Virus record (IMG/VR): IMGVR_UViG_3300032181_000503
Location: 1-27,516 of that record
Source: a virus
Lineage: Duplodnaviria; Caudoviricetes
Strand: one strand, 5' to 3'
Length of the DNA stretch: 27,516 nt
Under the pieces are notes generated by a model. That model searched no databases. It had not been told where the DNA came from and saw only the letters and a program-made list of their open reading frames with translations. Positions 27,416 through 27,516 of the stretch are shown here, piece by piece. Positions within the stretch are counted from its first letter, which is position 1. Every line of letters begins with the position of its first letter. Made by a program: the position numbers and the translations under genes.

Positions 27416-27516
27416 TGAAAGAGTTTGATTATGGACTGGATTACAAACAACTTGACTTCACAGATCCAGAGACTCGCAAACTTTATCGTATTGGAAGGGG
27501 AGAGCAAGGAGTGCTA
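27415..27516 (+). CDS. DUF4385-like protein, N-terminal part (runs off the window)
   Basis: MKEFDYGLDYKQLDFTDPETRKLYRIGRGEQGVL; the 'YRIGRGEQGVL' signature is recalled from the DUF4385 family; TAATG coupling. Confidence 0.7.
   Translation, partial: MKEFDYGLDYKQLDFTDPETRKLYRIGRGEQGVL

Overview
This window comes from a T4-like marine cyanomyovirus (Synechococcus/Prochlorococcus-type phage; inferred from gene content and promoter motifs), and all supported genes are on the + strand. It opens with the 3' part of a structured RNA, tRNA-Asn(GTT), a terminator and a perfect T4 late promoter (TATAAATA). A tightly coupled late tail module follows: a ~3,457-aa giant virion/fibre protein, two tail-collar proteins, four tandem paralogous adhesin-like proteins and a 1,035-aa repeat + tail-collar protein. 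Next come three 2OG-Fe(II) oxygenases, a tail-chaperone-like gene and two hypotheticals, then a sigma70-type early promoter driving small genes (including a CP12-like protein and a DUF4385-like gene cut by the window end). The main observation concerns the four paralogs. They have different heads but share a gap-free 71-aa C-terminal module that looks like the FIRST half of a repeat domain, while the downstream 1,035-aa protein starts with an orphan SECOND half of the same repeat. This suggests a split-domain 'plug-and-socket' system for attaching interchangeable receptor-binding tips to a possibly heterotrimeric fibre. The model is an inference from alignment by eye and needs structure prediction to test.
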